This document shows, piece by piece, positions 29,821-39,743 of a DNA stretch of 64,000 nucleotides (its first letter is position 1; every line of letters starts with the position of its first letter). This DNA is from Acidobacteriota bacterium (GTDB lineage Bacteria; Acidobacteriota; Thermoanaerobaculia; Multivoradales; UBA5704), in assembly GCA_040005235.1 (NCBI GenBank), contig JBDTZG010000011.1:1-64000 (forward strand). Direction: 5' to 3'. A program made the position numbers and the translations under genes. A model generated the notes under the pieces. It had not been told where the DNA came from, searched no databases, and saw only the letters and a program-made list of their open reading frames with translations.

Positions 29821-30342
29821 ATGCGCCTGAATCGTCCCCTTTCTATTTTTTTGCTCTCCCTCAGCTTGGCCTTTGTTCCGCTGCAGAAGTCCTTCGCCTG
29901 TGATTCCGGAGATAACTTTTTCACTCACAGCGGCATCCTCAGCAATCTGGCGGACGGCCCTCCCAGCGTTCGAGTTGTGAACTTCAACCTGCCCTCTGGC
30001 GGAGACCGATTCGAGGTCAAGGTAAATTTCCTCAAAGGGGAGCTGTCCGCCGCTGCGGTCGATGCCTACATCGACCACCTGAACGAGCAAGCCCGAAAGC
30101 GAGGCGAGATTAAGGGCTCGGCGTTTTGGGACAGAGTTCGAGAGAAACTGAAGGAGATGGAGTCCGACGCCTACTTTGAGGTCTTCGACAGCGCCGGGCG
30201 GCGTGTCGGCCGGGTCGAGCACCTGGAAGCGGTGACGTTTTTCAAGACGATCAAGTTCCGCCGGGGAGATTCCCGCTACACGGTTCGGATCACTTGCACC
30301 GCAGGCGCGGGCCTCTATCACCTGACGGCCGAGTGCGACTGA
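29821..30342 (+). CDS. secreted hypothetical protein
   Basis: AGGAGG RBS; signal peptide ending SFA-C; no family recognised. Confidence 0.7.
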   Translation: MRLNRPLSIFLLSLSLAFVPLQKSFACDSGDNFFTHSGILSNLADGPPSVRVVNFNLPSGGDRFEVKVNFLKGELSAAAVDAYIDHLNEQARKRGEIKGSAFWDRVREKLKEMESDAYFEVFDSAGRRVGRVEHLEAVTFFKTIKFRRGDSRYTVRITCTAGAGLYHLTAECD

Positions 30343-30381
30343 AGATCGATGCCAGGGACGGACAGGCGATCCTGAAGGCGC

Positions 30382-33300
30382 CTACTTCCAGTCTCCAATC
30401 ACCTGGAATGCCGCCCAGTAGTAAGGGGCGGTGGCGTCGAAACGGATCGTCTGTCCGTCCGGGCCGGGTATCTCGATGGGGCCGGCGAGAAGCTCGCGCT
30501 GGGCGGCTTGAAGAGCTTGGTCTTTCGGCTGGCCGGAGGTGAGGTGGCGGTAGAAGCGGATCATCAACTCGGCCGTCGCCTCGTCCCGCACTTCCCAGAG
30601 GCTCGCGATCACGGTGCGGGCACCGGCATACTGGAAGGCACGAGTGAGGCCGATGAGCCCTTCGCCGCCCTGTTCTTCGCCGAGCCCACTATCGCAAGCT
30701 GAGAGCACGACGAGATCCGCGTCCAAGCGCATGCCCTCGAAGATCTCCCACACCTGGAGGATGCCGTTCTCGCGGTCTTCCGGAAAGCTCTCAGGCATGC
30801 TCAAAAGAAGGGAGGAGTTCAGCGGAAAGCGATCGTCAAGCCGGGCGTGGGTGGCGAAGTGAAGGATGCGCGCGCCCCTGCCGATGGCCTTCACTTTCTC
30901 TTCGGTGGCTTCGGCGCCCAGGAAGGTCTGCTCACGATTCGGAGGGAAGAGGGCAGCGATGCCCTCGACCTCCCTGCGGGTGTTGGGCAAGGGCGCCAGT
31001 TCGAGAGTTCCCTGGCGGGCAGCGGAGCGCAGGCGGATGTCGGCGATCTTTTCGGGGTCCTTGAGGGTAACGCTTGCCGGAAATATGGGGTCTCCGAAGC
31101 CTACGAATTCAAGGGCTGTCCCGTCGTCGGGCTTGGCGGGGTCGCGACGGTCCTTCTTGAGCTCAGCGAATACGGTGGCGGAGAGCACGGAATGAAAGGG
31201 CTTCCACTCGGCCAGGTACTGGTCCCGCTTGACACCATCCTCACCCACTATTTCGCGGGAGAGTGCCGCTAACGGTAGGTAGTGAAGCGGGCCATCTGCC
31301 ACGATCATCACCCGCTCGGCCTTCTCGATTTCGGCCTCGGCCGGTTTGAGCAGGATGTCGTAGAGGTCCTTCCCCAGTTGGCGAAGCTCGGTGAGCTTGA
31401 GATCTCCCAGGGCCGTTCCGGGTCGAGCTTCAGAGATCAGTTCGCGGAAGCGCTCGACTCGTTGCCGGACCTGAGTGCCACTTGCGAGAAGGGTGTACGC
31501 GTGGGGACCTCTTTCGCGGCTCAATGCGAAGAGATAGACCTCGTCGTCACCAGCCAGGTAGGAAAGCATCAGAGTGCCAGAGTCGAGGCTCTTCTGGGCA
31601 TCGACAGCATTGAGCGCCTGGGGATACTGCAGCGCAGCAAACCGAGGTTGCGATGTGCGAAGTGCCGAGATTGCTCGATCTCGCGCTGCAAACAATGACT
31701 CCTCGTCTCTAATGACATCTTCCAATGAAGCAAAACCAGCTTTCGAATCTACCCCGGATCTTGCACGGCGAGTTTGTGCCAGCTTTGCTTCGATCTCACG
31801 AACAGCAGCCGCGGTCTCACTGCCTTCCTCGGTAGCCCATTTAAGAGTTCTTTCCGAGATGAGTTCGAGAAGACCACGTCCTCTGCTTCTCTCTAGGATC
31901 TGAAAGCCTGACGCCCAATCGCCCAATCGCAAGCTAGAGAGTACAGCCTTGCGATAGACACCCCTGTTCCTGGCTCGAAAATTGTTCTTTCTGTCAGAGG
32001 CTCCACCAAGCTCAACAGACTGCCTTTCCAGTCCGTCTAGTGCCTTGAGGAAGTCTTCTCGCGCAACAGCGTACTGCGACCTCTTGAGTGATACCTCGGC
32101 CAGTCCTATATAGACGCTCGCCTCAACACTGGGAATACCCACTGAATTTGAAACCGCCAGCGCCTTCTTATAAACTTTCTCCGCTTCCGATAGCTTCCCA
32201 CTCCGCAATGTAAAGTCACCAAGAGTAACCAGATTACTGGCATAACAAGTTCGACAGGAACCGCTCTTTTCTTGTCTCTCAATGGCGTCAAGGAAATACG
32301 TTCTCGCTCGTGCTACATCACCCCGGCGGCCATAGATGTTTCCAAGATTCATTAGTCCGGTAGCGAGTTCCGGGGAGTCGTTATCAAGCAATTGATTTGC
32401 CTGATTGATGGTCTTAATAGCCAGGTCGAATTGACCATTTTGCGCCTGAAGGAAGGCGAGGGAGTTGAGCTGGGTAGACAACACTGAGCTTCGAGGCGCG
32501 AGCCTTCTTTGTATCTCTATTGCTCGCGTCAGAAGCACCTCACACTCCGCAACTTCTCCCGCTTCGCAGTACAGGTGACTTAAATTGGTCAGCACATCGG
32601 CAACTTCCTGACTGCCCGGTTGGACGGCAGTGAACCCAAGCAATGAGCGTCGCCACCGTGACTCAGCGAGTTCGATGTCTCCGCGCTCGCTCGAGACTCC
32701 GGCCAAATTGTTGAGAGCGCCAGCGATGTTGGCTTGATTATTGTCTAAACCTTCGAGAACTCCTAGCGCTTGAAGGTAGTAGGTCTCTGCAGTTGCCAAG
32801 TCACCTCGCCCGCGAGCAATTTGGCCAATGGAAATCATCAGATTGGCAATTGGACCCTTGGACCCTGGTGGATGTTCTCGCCAGAATGCCAGAGATTCCT
32901 CGAGGAATTCTGCCGCCCGCTTGTCATCACCCTTTAAGTGGTAGAGGGTTCCGAGGTTGTATTTGAGGCCTCCGATATGCGGGCTAGTTGGCCATAGGAC
33001 TTCATAAAGACCAAGTGCTCGTTCCCAGAGAGGAGTTGCATCTCGAAAACTGTGTTTCTCGTAATACAGCAGGGCCAGCTGGGCTGCAGAGTCAGCCTCA
33101 GCCAGACTTCCCGGAGCATGCACTCTGGAAACTTGGAGTGAGTCTTTGGCATAGTCGAGAGCTGCGTCTGGCTCATTCGTTTTAGCCAGCGTCATTGCAA
33201 GTTCTCGTTTCAGGCGGGATTCCGCAAGTCCCAGCCGACAGCTCTCAGGGAGCAGAGCAAGGGCTTCAACCAGAAACTCGCGGGCGCCGCTGTAGTCTTC

Positions 33301-33993
33301 TTTGAAATATCGGTTCAGCCCCAAGAACTCCACAGCTCTTGAAAGAGGAAACCCCGCCGGACAGGTGTTGCCCAGCTCGGACCTTGAGGAGTAGGCAGCC
33401 GGTCTATGGCCATCTAACGACAATGCAGGAAACAACAAGTAGCATGCTGAGGCCCTATAGCGATCGACAAGCTTGGCCGCGAGTCGGAGCACCCGCACAG
33501 AGTCCCCTTTCAGGAGGTCCGCCCTTGCCTGGCCAAGCTCTTGGAGCGCGCTGGGAGCGAAAACTGGCCTGACGGAAGCACTCCATCGACCAAGCGGCAC
33601 CTGATCCAGCAGGTCCTGTGTCCCTCGCTTTCCACGGAACCGAATCACCCCCCGTGGAGCCTGCTCAACTTCCAACCACATCCAGTCAAACGGGCTCTCA
33701 ATCGTCCCGCTCGCCCCTTCCGGGTTAGCCGGCGGATTGGGCAAGCGCTCCCAACTGAGGATCACGTCTCCCGGCTGCAATCCGGCGCGCTTCAATGCCG
33801 AGTCCTCCGGGATCTCCTCGATCACGACACCCGGCAGCACCAGCGGCTCGCTCTCGTCGAGGTCGAGAGGCGGAAGCGCTTCTGAATCGGCTTTCTGGGT
33901 TTGTCCTATGGCGGGCTGAATCTGGATAAACAGCAGCGGCCAGGTAATGCAGAGTGTCATCGTGCCGCGGGCGATGGAACGGATGAAGGGCAT
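30382..33993 (-). CDS. secreted PDZ-like + TPR + CHAT (caspase-like) protease
   Basis: signal-like N-terminus; GVVIEEI..AGLQPGDVIL; ~42-aa TPRs; DGPLHYLP, HFATHA, LSACDSG, ASLWEV, YYWAAF. Confidence 0.9.
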   Translation of the reverse strand: MPFIRSIARGTMTLCITWPLLFIQIQPAIGQTQKADSEALPPLDLDESEPLVLPGVVIEEIPEDSALKRAGLQPGDVILSWERLPNPPANPEGASGTIESPFDWMWLEVEQAPRGVIRFRGKRGTQDLLDQVPLGRWSASVRPVFAPSALQELGQARADLLKGDSVRVLRLAAKLVDRYRASACYLLFPALSLDGHRPAAYSSRSELGNTCPAGFPLSRAVEFLGLNRYFKEDYSGAREFLVEALALLPESCRLGLAESRLKRELAMTLAKTNEPDAALDYAKDSLQVSRVHAPGSLAEADSAAQLALLYYEKHSFRDATPLWERALGLYEVLWPTSPHIGGLKYNLGTLYHLKGDDKRAAEFLEESLAFWREHPPGSKGPIANLMISIGQIARGRGDLATAETYYLQALGVLEGLDNNQANIAGALNNLAGVSSERGDIELAESRWRRSLLGFTAVQPGSQEVADVLTNLSHLYCEAGEVAECEVLLTRAIEIQRRLAPRSSVLSTQLNSLAFLQAQNGQFDLAIKTINQANQLLDNDSPELATGLMNLGNIYGRRGDVARARTYFLDAIERQEKSGSCRTCYASNLVTLGDFTLRSGKLSEAEKVYKKALAVSNSVGIPSVEASVYIGLAEVSLKRSQYAVAREDFLKALDGLERQSVELGGASDRKNNFRARNRGVYRKAVLSSLRLGDWASGFQILERSRGRGLLELISERTLKWATEEGSETAAAVREIEAKLAQTRRARSGVDSKAGFASLEDVIRDEESLFAARDRAISALRTSQPRFAALQYPQALNAVDAQKSLDSGTLMLSYLAGDDEVYLFALSRERGPHAYTLLASGTQVRQRVERFRELISEARPGTALGDLKLTELRQLGKDLYDILLKPAEAEIEKAERVMIVADGPLHYLPLAALSREIVGEDGVKRDQYLAEWKPFHSVLSATVFAELKKDRRDPAKPDDGTALEFVGFGDPIFPASVTLKDPEKIADIRLRSAARQGTLELAPLPNTRREVEGIAALFPPNREQTFLGAEATEEKVKAIGRGARILHFATHARLDDRFPLNSSLLLSMPESFPEDRENGILQVWEIFEGMRLDADLVVLSACDSGLGEEQGGEGLIGLTRAFQYAGARTVIASLWEVRDEATAELMIRFYRHLTSGQPKDQALQAAQRELLAGPIEIPGPDGQTIRFDATAPYYWAAFQVIGDWK

Positions 33994-34049
33994 GGGACGA
34001 TCCTCCTTGGCCAAATAGAACAACAGTTTGCTCCGCGGTGACCCGGACT

Positions 34050-36302
34050 TCAGAGTCCGAGCTTTGCCAAACGCTCTCCCACGTCACGAGCCTCTCGACT
34101 CTCTTCTCCGAAAAACTCTTGTTCGATGTGACGGGCTTCCGTGAGGAGCTTGCGGGCCTCTCCCAAGTCGCCCAGCTCCTCCCGCACGCGCGCCAGATTG
34201 ATCAGGCTCTTTGCGGTGTCCGGGTGGCCGTCTGGATAGAGACTGCGCCGGAGGGCGAGGGCATCGCGTTGGAGGGCCTCAGATTCCTTGAATCGGCGTT
34301 GGTAGAAGAGCAAGGCCGCCAGGTTGTTCATCGTCGCCGCGAGGCCGGGGCTCTTGGGGCCTTCGAGTTTTCGTCGCATGGCGATCGACCGCCGATACAA
34401 TGGCTCAGCCTCGCTTCCTCGTTTCTCGCTCGCCAAGACCAAGGCCAGCGTGTTGAGCGACTGCGCCCCATCGACGGATTCCGGCCCGAGGAGCCGCTCC
34501 TTCATCGCCAGCCCCTCGCGAGCCAACGCCTCCGCCTCGGCGAGGAGTCGCGCGGCATCGGCTTCCATTGGCTTCCCGGCTTGGCTGCGCAGCAGCGAAG
34601 CCAGGTTGTTCAAACCACGGGCGAGATCGCGATGGCCGTCGGGGAACGCGCGGCGCTGGATGGCGATCGCCTGGCGGATCATCGGCTCGGCCCCAGCTTC
34701 ATCTCCCCGGCTACGACGGGCTCCCGCGAGATTGTGGAGGCTCTCCGCCACCAGGAAGTGGTCCGGTCCGAAGGTTGCCCGCCGCAGGCGCAACGCCTCC
34801 TTAAGGAAGGCTTCCGCCTCCGCGAACAACCCCAGGCTTCGATAGCCGACGCCGATCACGTCGAACACCGCGGCGCGGGTGGCCGGGTCCAGAGAGGTGT
34901 CCACCTCCAGCTGGGCCGCCCGCCGCGAGAGCGCCTCTCGCACCGTGGCCTCTTTCCCCTTGGCCGTGCGGGGGTCCACCTCTTCGAGAAAGCTCAGGAA
35001 CACCTCGCGGACGGCCTCGGCGCGGTCGCGCTCGGTGCGGATCTGCCGATTCTGGCGGGCGATCGCTGCCTGCTGCACGGCGTAGGTGGCACCGAGGGCA
35101 AGGCCCAATCCCAGGATCGCGGCGCTCGCGCCCACGCCGACGCGATGCCGGCGAACGAACTTCCCTGCTCGATAGAGGGCCGACTCGCCGCGGGCCAGCA
35201 CCGGGCGCCCGTCGAGGTGGCGGCGCAGATCCTCGGCGAACGCCTCCACCGAGCCATAGCGGCGCTCCGGCTCCTTCCGCAGCGCCTGCAGAAGGATCGT
35301 GTCGAGGTCGCCGCGAAGCTCGCGAAACAGCTTCCGCGACACCTCACCCCCCTCTTCCTTCGGAGCCGCCCGAAGGATCGCAGTGCTCGGTCGGAGCGGC
35401 TTGTCCTCGCAAACGATCCGCCGGATCTCGGACGTGGTCACGTTTTCCGTGGGGTAGGGGCGCTCACCCGTCAGCAACTCGAAGAGCACGACGCCCAGGG
35501 AGTAAACATCCGTGGCCGTGGTGATCGGCCCACCCAGAAACTGCTCCGGGCTGGCGTACCGGTCGGTCTTCGGCGCCGGCCGGCCGAGCGCGGTGTGCGG
35601 ACCTCCCTCGCCGTCGCCAACCAGCTTGGCGATGCCGAAGTCGAGCAACTTCGGCGTGCCGTCGCCGGTGACGAGAATGTTGGCCGGCTTGAGGTCCCGA
35701 TGTACGACGAGGTTGCGATGCGCAAACGCCACGGCCGAGCAGACTCCGAGAAAGAGCTCCAGGCGATCGCGGAGGGAAAGCCGACGCTCCGCGCAGTAGC
35801 GGTCGATCGGCTCGCCCTCGACCGCCTCCATAACGAAGTAAGGCCGCCCCTGGACGGTGCTGCCGCCGTCCGTCAGCCGGGCGATGTTGGGATGGGAGAG
35901 CTGGGCGAGGATCTGCCGTTCGGAGCGAAAGCGGGCGAGGATCTCGTCAGTGTGGAGCCCGGCCTGCAGGAGCTTGATCGCTACGCGCTGTTCGAACTCT
36001 CCCACCCGCTCGGCCAAGAACACGATCCCCATGCCGCCCCTGCCCAGCGGTTCGATCAGCCGGTAGGGCCCGACCTCGCCACCCGCCTTCGGTTCGTCGG
36101 GAGATTCACGGAGCGAGAAGAGGGGCTCGGAGATGAAATCTCCCAGATCCTCCTCGGCGACGAGGTAGGTCAGCACTTCCGCTTCGAGCGCCGCATCACC
36201 CTCGCACTCCGCGCGCAGGAAGGCGGCGCGCTCGGAGGCCGGCCGTTCCAGCGTATCGGCCAGGAGCCTTTTGACCTGCTGCCAACGCTCCGCCTCGGCC
36301 AC
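34050..36302 (-). CDS. membrane Ser/Thr protein kinase with C-terminal TPRs
   Basis: GRGGMG, VAIK, HRDLKPAN, DFGIAK, SPEQ, TM segment, TPRs. Confidence 0.93.
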   Translation of the reverse strand: MAEAERWQQVKRLLADTLERPASERAAFLRAECEGDAALEAEVLTYLVAEEDLGDFISEPLFSLRESPDEPKAGGEVGPYRLIEPLGRGGMGIVFLAERVGEFEQRVAIKLLQAGLHTDEILARFRSERQILAQLSHPNIARLTDGGSTVQGRPYFVMEAVEGEPIDRYCAERRLSLRDRLELFLGVCSAVAFAHRNLVVHRDLKPANILVTGDGTPKLLDFGIAKLVGDGEGGPHTALGRPAPKTDRYASPEQFLGGPITTATDVYSLGVVLFELLTGERPYPTENVTTSEIRRIVCEDKPLRPSTAILRAAPKEEGGEVSRKLFRELRGDLDTILLQALRKEPERRYGSVEAFAEDLRRHLDGRPVLARGESALYRAGKFVRRHRVGVGASAAILGLGLALGATYAVQQAAIARQNRQIRTERDRAEAVREVFLSFLEEVDPRTAKGKEATVREALSRRAAQLEVDTSLDPATRAAVFDVIGVGYRSLGLFAEAEAFLKEALRLRRATFGPDHFLVAESLHNLAGARRSRGDEAGAEPMIRQAIAIQRRAFPDGHRDLARGLNNLASLLRSQAGKPMEADAARLLAEAEALAREGLAMKERLLGPESVDGAQSLNTLALVLASEKRGSEAEPLYRRSIAMRRKLEGPKSPGLAATMNNLAALLFYQRRFKESEALQRDALALRRSLYPDGHPDTAKSLINLARVREELGDLGEARKLLTEARHIEQEFFGEESREARDVGERLAKLGL

Positions 36303-36310
36303 GCTGCCTC

Positions 36311-36880
36311 CTACTTTTTCCCCAGGACCTTGAAGAGCCACAGACGCGCCGTTTCCCACTCCCGTTTGACGGTGGTGATGGAGATGCTCAGGAGTTCCGC
36401 GATCTCGTCGTTCTGGAGTCCGGTGAAGAATCGCAGCTCGACGATGCGCGCCTGACGGGAATCGACCTCGGCCAGTTTTTGGAGAGCGTCATCGAGCGAT
36501 AGCAGATCCAGGTTGCTCTCCCAGCCCATCTCCGGCACCGCTTCGAGCGAAACCGGCCGGGCGCCGCTGCCCCGCTTCAAGCGATCCCGCGTGCGGGCGT
36601 AGTCCACCAGGATGCGGCGCATCAGGGTGGCTGCGGTGCCGAAGAAGTGCGCCCGGTTCTTGAAACGCACCTTCTTGCGACCGGCGAGACGTAGATAGAG
36701 CTCGGAGACCAAGGCGGTGGGCTGAAGGGTGTGGCGGGAGTCCTCGCGCTCAAAGTAGTACGCGGCCATCGACCGCAACCGGTCGAAGACGACGGGGACC
36801 AGCCGGTCAAAGGCGACTGTGTCACCTGCGCTCCAAGCCATCAGAAAATCTGTGATGTCCGGATCTTCCGGGTCGCTCAT
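36311..36880 (-). CDS. ECF sigma factor, kinase-associated type
   Basis: HTLQPTALVSELYLRL, NRAHFFG, MRRILVDYAR, VELRFFTGL, TVKREWETARLWL. Confidence 0.92.
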   Translation of the reverse strand: MSDPEDPDITDFLMAWSAGDTVAFDRLVPVVFDRLRSMAAYYFEREDSRHTLQPTALVSELYLRLAGRKKVRFKNRAHFFGTAATLMRRILVDYARTRDRLKRGSGARPVSLEAVPEMGWESNLDLLSLDDALQKLAEVDSRQARIVELRFFTGLQNDEIAELLSISITTVKREWETARLWLFKVLGKK

Positions 36881-38061
36881 GGCAAAGCCCCTCGCGGTTC
36901 CTTCACTCGCGCCAACTGGAGCCGGTGCTCGCGGATCAACTCTTCCTTGCCGCGTTCGCGGCGGTAGAGACGCAGAACCAGCTCGCCGGTCGGCAGCAAT
37001 GCCGTCGGCACCCCAACCGAGATCTCGTGCCCCTTCTGCCGCTCCAGAGGGTTGCGCTCCCAAAGCACACGACCCGTGGAGCCGTCGACCAGCTCAAGGC
37101 GCAACGTGCCTCCCACCACTTGGTCGACCGGCAAGAAGAGCAATAGGTGGCTCGACTGCGCAGGCAGGGCGATGGCCTCGACCTCGCCTCGGACCGCGGC
37201 TTTCGGTTCAAGCGCGACGAGTACCGGATTGACGATCAGCGCGGCTTCGCGAGCCCGGCGAAGATCTTCCGACGCGGCAGCAAGCTGCTCGTGGGCTTTG
37301 CCCTCCGTGGCCTGTCGCGCCCTCTCGCTCGCGGCGATCTGTCGGGCCAGCTCCTGCTCGCGGGCGGCGAACTCGGCCTCGCGCTCCGAGGCCGCCGCCT
37401 GCTGCCGTTGGGCAGCCTCTTCTAGCTTGGAGACCCGGCCCGTCTGTTGCCACAAGCCGGTGAGCGCCCCGAGACCGACCACGGCGGCAATGCCGGCGGC
37501 CCAGCGGAGTCGCGCATAGGTCGGTTCGGCCCTCTGCGGCAGGGGTACGACCTTCGCGATCCCCAACTCTTGCCATCGCCGGCAGGCGGGCTCCACCACC
37601 TCCGCCAGCCAGTCCTCGTACTCGGGGTCATGATCGGTCTCGATCTCGGTGAATGAGCCCTCCTTCGCGGCGGCCAGGTCGGATCGCCGACGCTCGACGC
37701 GCGCCAGGCTCGCGGTGCTGAGCCGGCCACTGCGTCGCGCTCCCGCGAGCGCCGCCGGGAAGAGCGGTTGCTCGAATCGGCAGCGCGCCGAAAGCCTTCC
37801 GACTCCGGAAGGCTCGGCCAACGCCACGTCCCCTGAGCCCACCATAGAGCCGGCATCCGCCGGAATCACCTTGGGGGCACCGCTAGGCGTAGCGGCGACC
37901 ACGACCCACTGGACGGGAAGCGCTTGTTGGGCCGGGTGAAGGAGAACGTCTCCGGGCTGTGGAGGCTCCTCCGCAAGCGTGGGAACCGCCACACCCTTGC
38001 TGCTCGCGCGGGCGGCGGCCTGAGCCCGATCCAGGGCGCGGGAGAGCAGATCGTCTTTCAT
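36877..38061 (-). CDS. single-pass membrane protein (anti-sigma-like architecture)
   Basis: ATGA overlaps at both ends; cytoplasmic N-domain, TM WAAGIAAVVGLGAL, coiled coil, beta-rich C-domain. Confidence 0.75.
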   Translation of the reverse strand: MKDDLLSRALDRAQAAARASSKGVAVPTLAEEPPQPGDVLLHPAQQALPVQWVVVAATPSGAPKVIPADAGSMVGSGDVALAEPSGVGRLSARCRFEQPLFPAALAGARRSGRLSTASLARVERRRSDLAAAKEGSFTEIETDHDPEYEDWLAEVVEPACRRWQELGIAKVVPLPQRAEPTYARLRWAAGIAAVVGLGALTGLWQQTGRVSKLEEAAQRQQAAASEREAEFAAREQELARQIAASERARQATEGKAHEQLAAASEDLRRAREAALIVNPVLVALEPKAAVRGEVEAIALPAQSSHLLLFLPVDQVVGGTLRLELVDGSTGRVLWERNPLERQKGHEISVGVPTALLPTGELVLRLYRRERGKEELIREHRLQLARVKEPRGALP

Positions 38062-39239
38062 GGCCGTGCCCCTCCTTCCAGAGCGTCGCCGTGGCGGCAG
38101 TGCGTGAGGAAGCCCCCCAGCGTCGCGAATAGCTCGGCGAAGCGATCCCGGGGCAGGCCGAGCCAGCGCGCGAGGCCGCGGCGGGAGGGCAGGCGCCCGG
38201 CACGCTCCCCGAGAGACTCGTTCGCCCGCTTCCGAGGCAGGGCAGGCGTCTCTTCCGTCGCAAAGGCGCGAAGGAAACCCCACAGGCGGTAGAGATGGTC
38301 GCGAGTCCGCTCGGGAGCTTCCATTTCCTCGATGTGGCGGGCGACACAGTCGATCAGGTGTCGAAAGGAGTCCTCCGCCATCAGCCGTTCCTCCACCTCG
38401 GGCTCGACCGCCCGGCAGAGATTTTCCCATTCCTCCGGTTCCTCTTCGTCCTCCCAAGCGATCTCCCCGAGCTCCGAATCAAAGAGCGCCGTCCACCGCC
38501 GCCGCGTGTCGAAGCGCACCGCGCCGATCAGCTCGCCGAAACTAAAGGACCCCACGCCGGCTGCTCCCAGCTCGGCCAGCAGATCGGCCAACCGAGCCAC
38601 GACTTCGGGGACACGCCGGTTGGGCGCAGCCACCAGGTCACCCAGAATTTCGTCGTTCCAACGCGCCACCTTCTCCACGAGGCGCTCCCGTCGTTCTTCT
38701 TCGGACCCACCGTCAAGTCCTTCCGCGACTCGAACGAGCGTGCCGCCGGTGACTCGGGCGTCTCCGCCCACGACCTCCAGTGCCCCCCGAGTCTCGGCCT
38801 GGCGCACCGCGGCGCGTAGCAGTCGAAAGAGGCGAGTGCCCAAACGATCGTTTCTCGTCTGCGCATCATGAATGAAATTCCGCAGCATGTGGGGAATGAG
38901 CGCATCGATGGCACTGCCCTGATCCAGGTAGCCGCGCAGGGTGGGCAGCCGCTCTAAGAAGAGCGTGGTGAACGCCTCGAGGAGCAATTCGTCCACCGGG
39001 CTGGAACCGCGCGCGCCGGAAGAGTCAGACCAATTGCGGAAACCGTGAATGCCCAGGTACGACGGATTGGAGTGCCAAAGCGAGCGCCGCTGGATTTCCC
39101 GCACCAGGTCGGTCCGGAGCTTCGCGAGCAGGGTTTCGAGCAAGGCCGGATCGGGGTCTCGTCCCGCGGCCAGCTCGGCAGCCAGGCGGGTGTAAATCTC
39201 CGGCTTCGGCACGCCGCCGGCCGCTTTCCAGATCGCCAT
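38058..39239 (-). CDS. hypothetical protein, possible divergent sigma-like regulator
   Basis: GGAGG RBS; MLRNFIHDAQ resembles sigma region 2; C-terminal HTH-like PSRRGLARWLGLPRDRF. Confidence 0.65.
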   Translation of the reverse strand: MAIWKAAGGVPKPEIYTRLAAELAAGRDPDPALLETLLAKLRTDLVREIQRRSLWHSNPSYLGIHGFRNWSDSSGARGSSPVDELLLEAFTTLFLERLPTLRGYLDQGSAIDALIPHMLRNFIHDAQTRNDRLGTRLFRLLRAAVRQAETRGALEVVGGDARVTGGTLVRVAEGLDGGSEEERRERLVEKVARWNDEILGDLVAAPNRRVPEVVARLADLLAELGAAGVGSFSFGELIGAVRFDTRRRWTALFDSELGEIAWEDEEEPEEWENLCRAVEPEVEERLMAEDSFRHLIDCVARHIEEMEAPERTRDHLYRLWGFLRAFATEETPALPRKRANESLGERAGRLPSRRGLARWLGLPRDRFAELFATLGGFLTHCRHGDALEGGARP

Positions 39240-39358
39240 CGTTAACTCCCTCCATCGCATGCGACGGCCGCCGTGGAGATCGTCTCCCCGGCGGCCCAGG
39301 GGCCCCTTCTTTTCCAACGTTCTTGGCGCGAGCCGACCGCTCGCGGAAGGGGAATGTC

Positions 39359-39571
39359 ATGTCCTTGGCCCAACGTTTTTTCGCTTTGAGCTTCATTCTG
39401 CTCTCGATTGCCACCACCCGCCCAGCCAGCGGCTGCAACAACGTGCCGCTCGCGATCAACGCCACGCACCGAAGTGAGCCCATCACCAACGACGTCGACC
39501 CGTGGGAGGACGACGTCTTAATCGGCCCGAGGCCTCCCGGGATCGTTGCCGTCGCCGCCCTCACGCAGTAG
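39359..39571 (+). CDS. small secreted protein or gene remnant (70 aa)
   Basis: signal-like MSLAQRFFALSFILLSIATTRPASG-C. Confidence 0.4.
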   Translation: MSLAQRFFALSFILLSIATTRPASGCNNVPLAINATHRSEPITNDVDPWEDDVLIGPRPPGIVAVAALTQ

Positions 39572-39743
39572 CCACCACGCTCGTCCCCCGGCCCGAGCGA
39601 GGTGCTCGGGCCGGGGCGGGCCACCAGGTCGCTTCGAACGCAACCGCCATGGACGCGAAGGATGCATCCAAAGAAAACGCGATGTTTGAAGGCTCGATGG
39701 CCCAGCGAACGGGAAACAATAGCCGGTTGCAGCCGAGCGCCGT

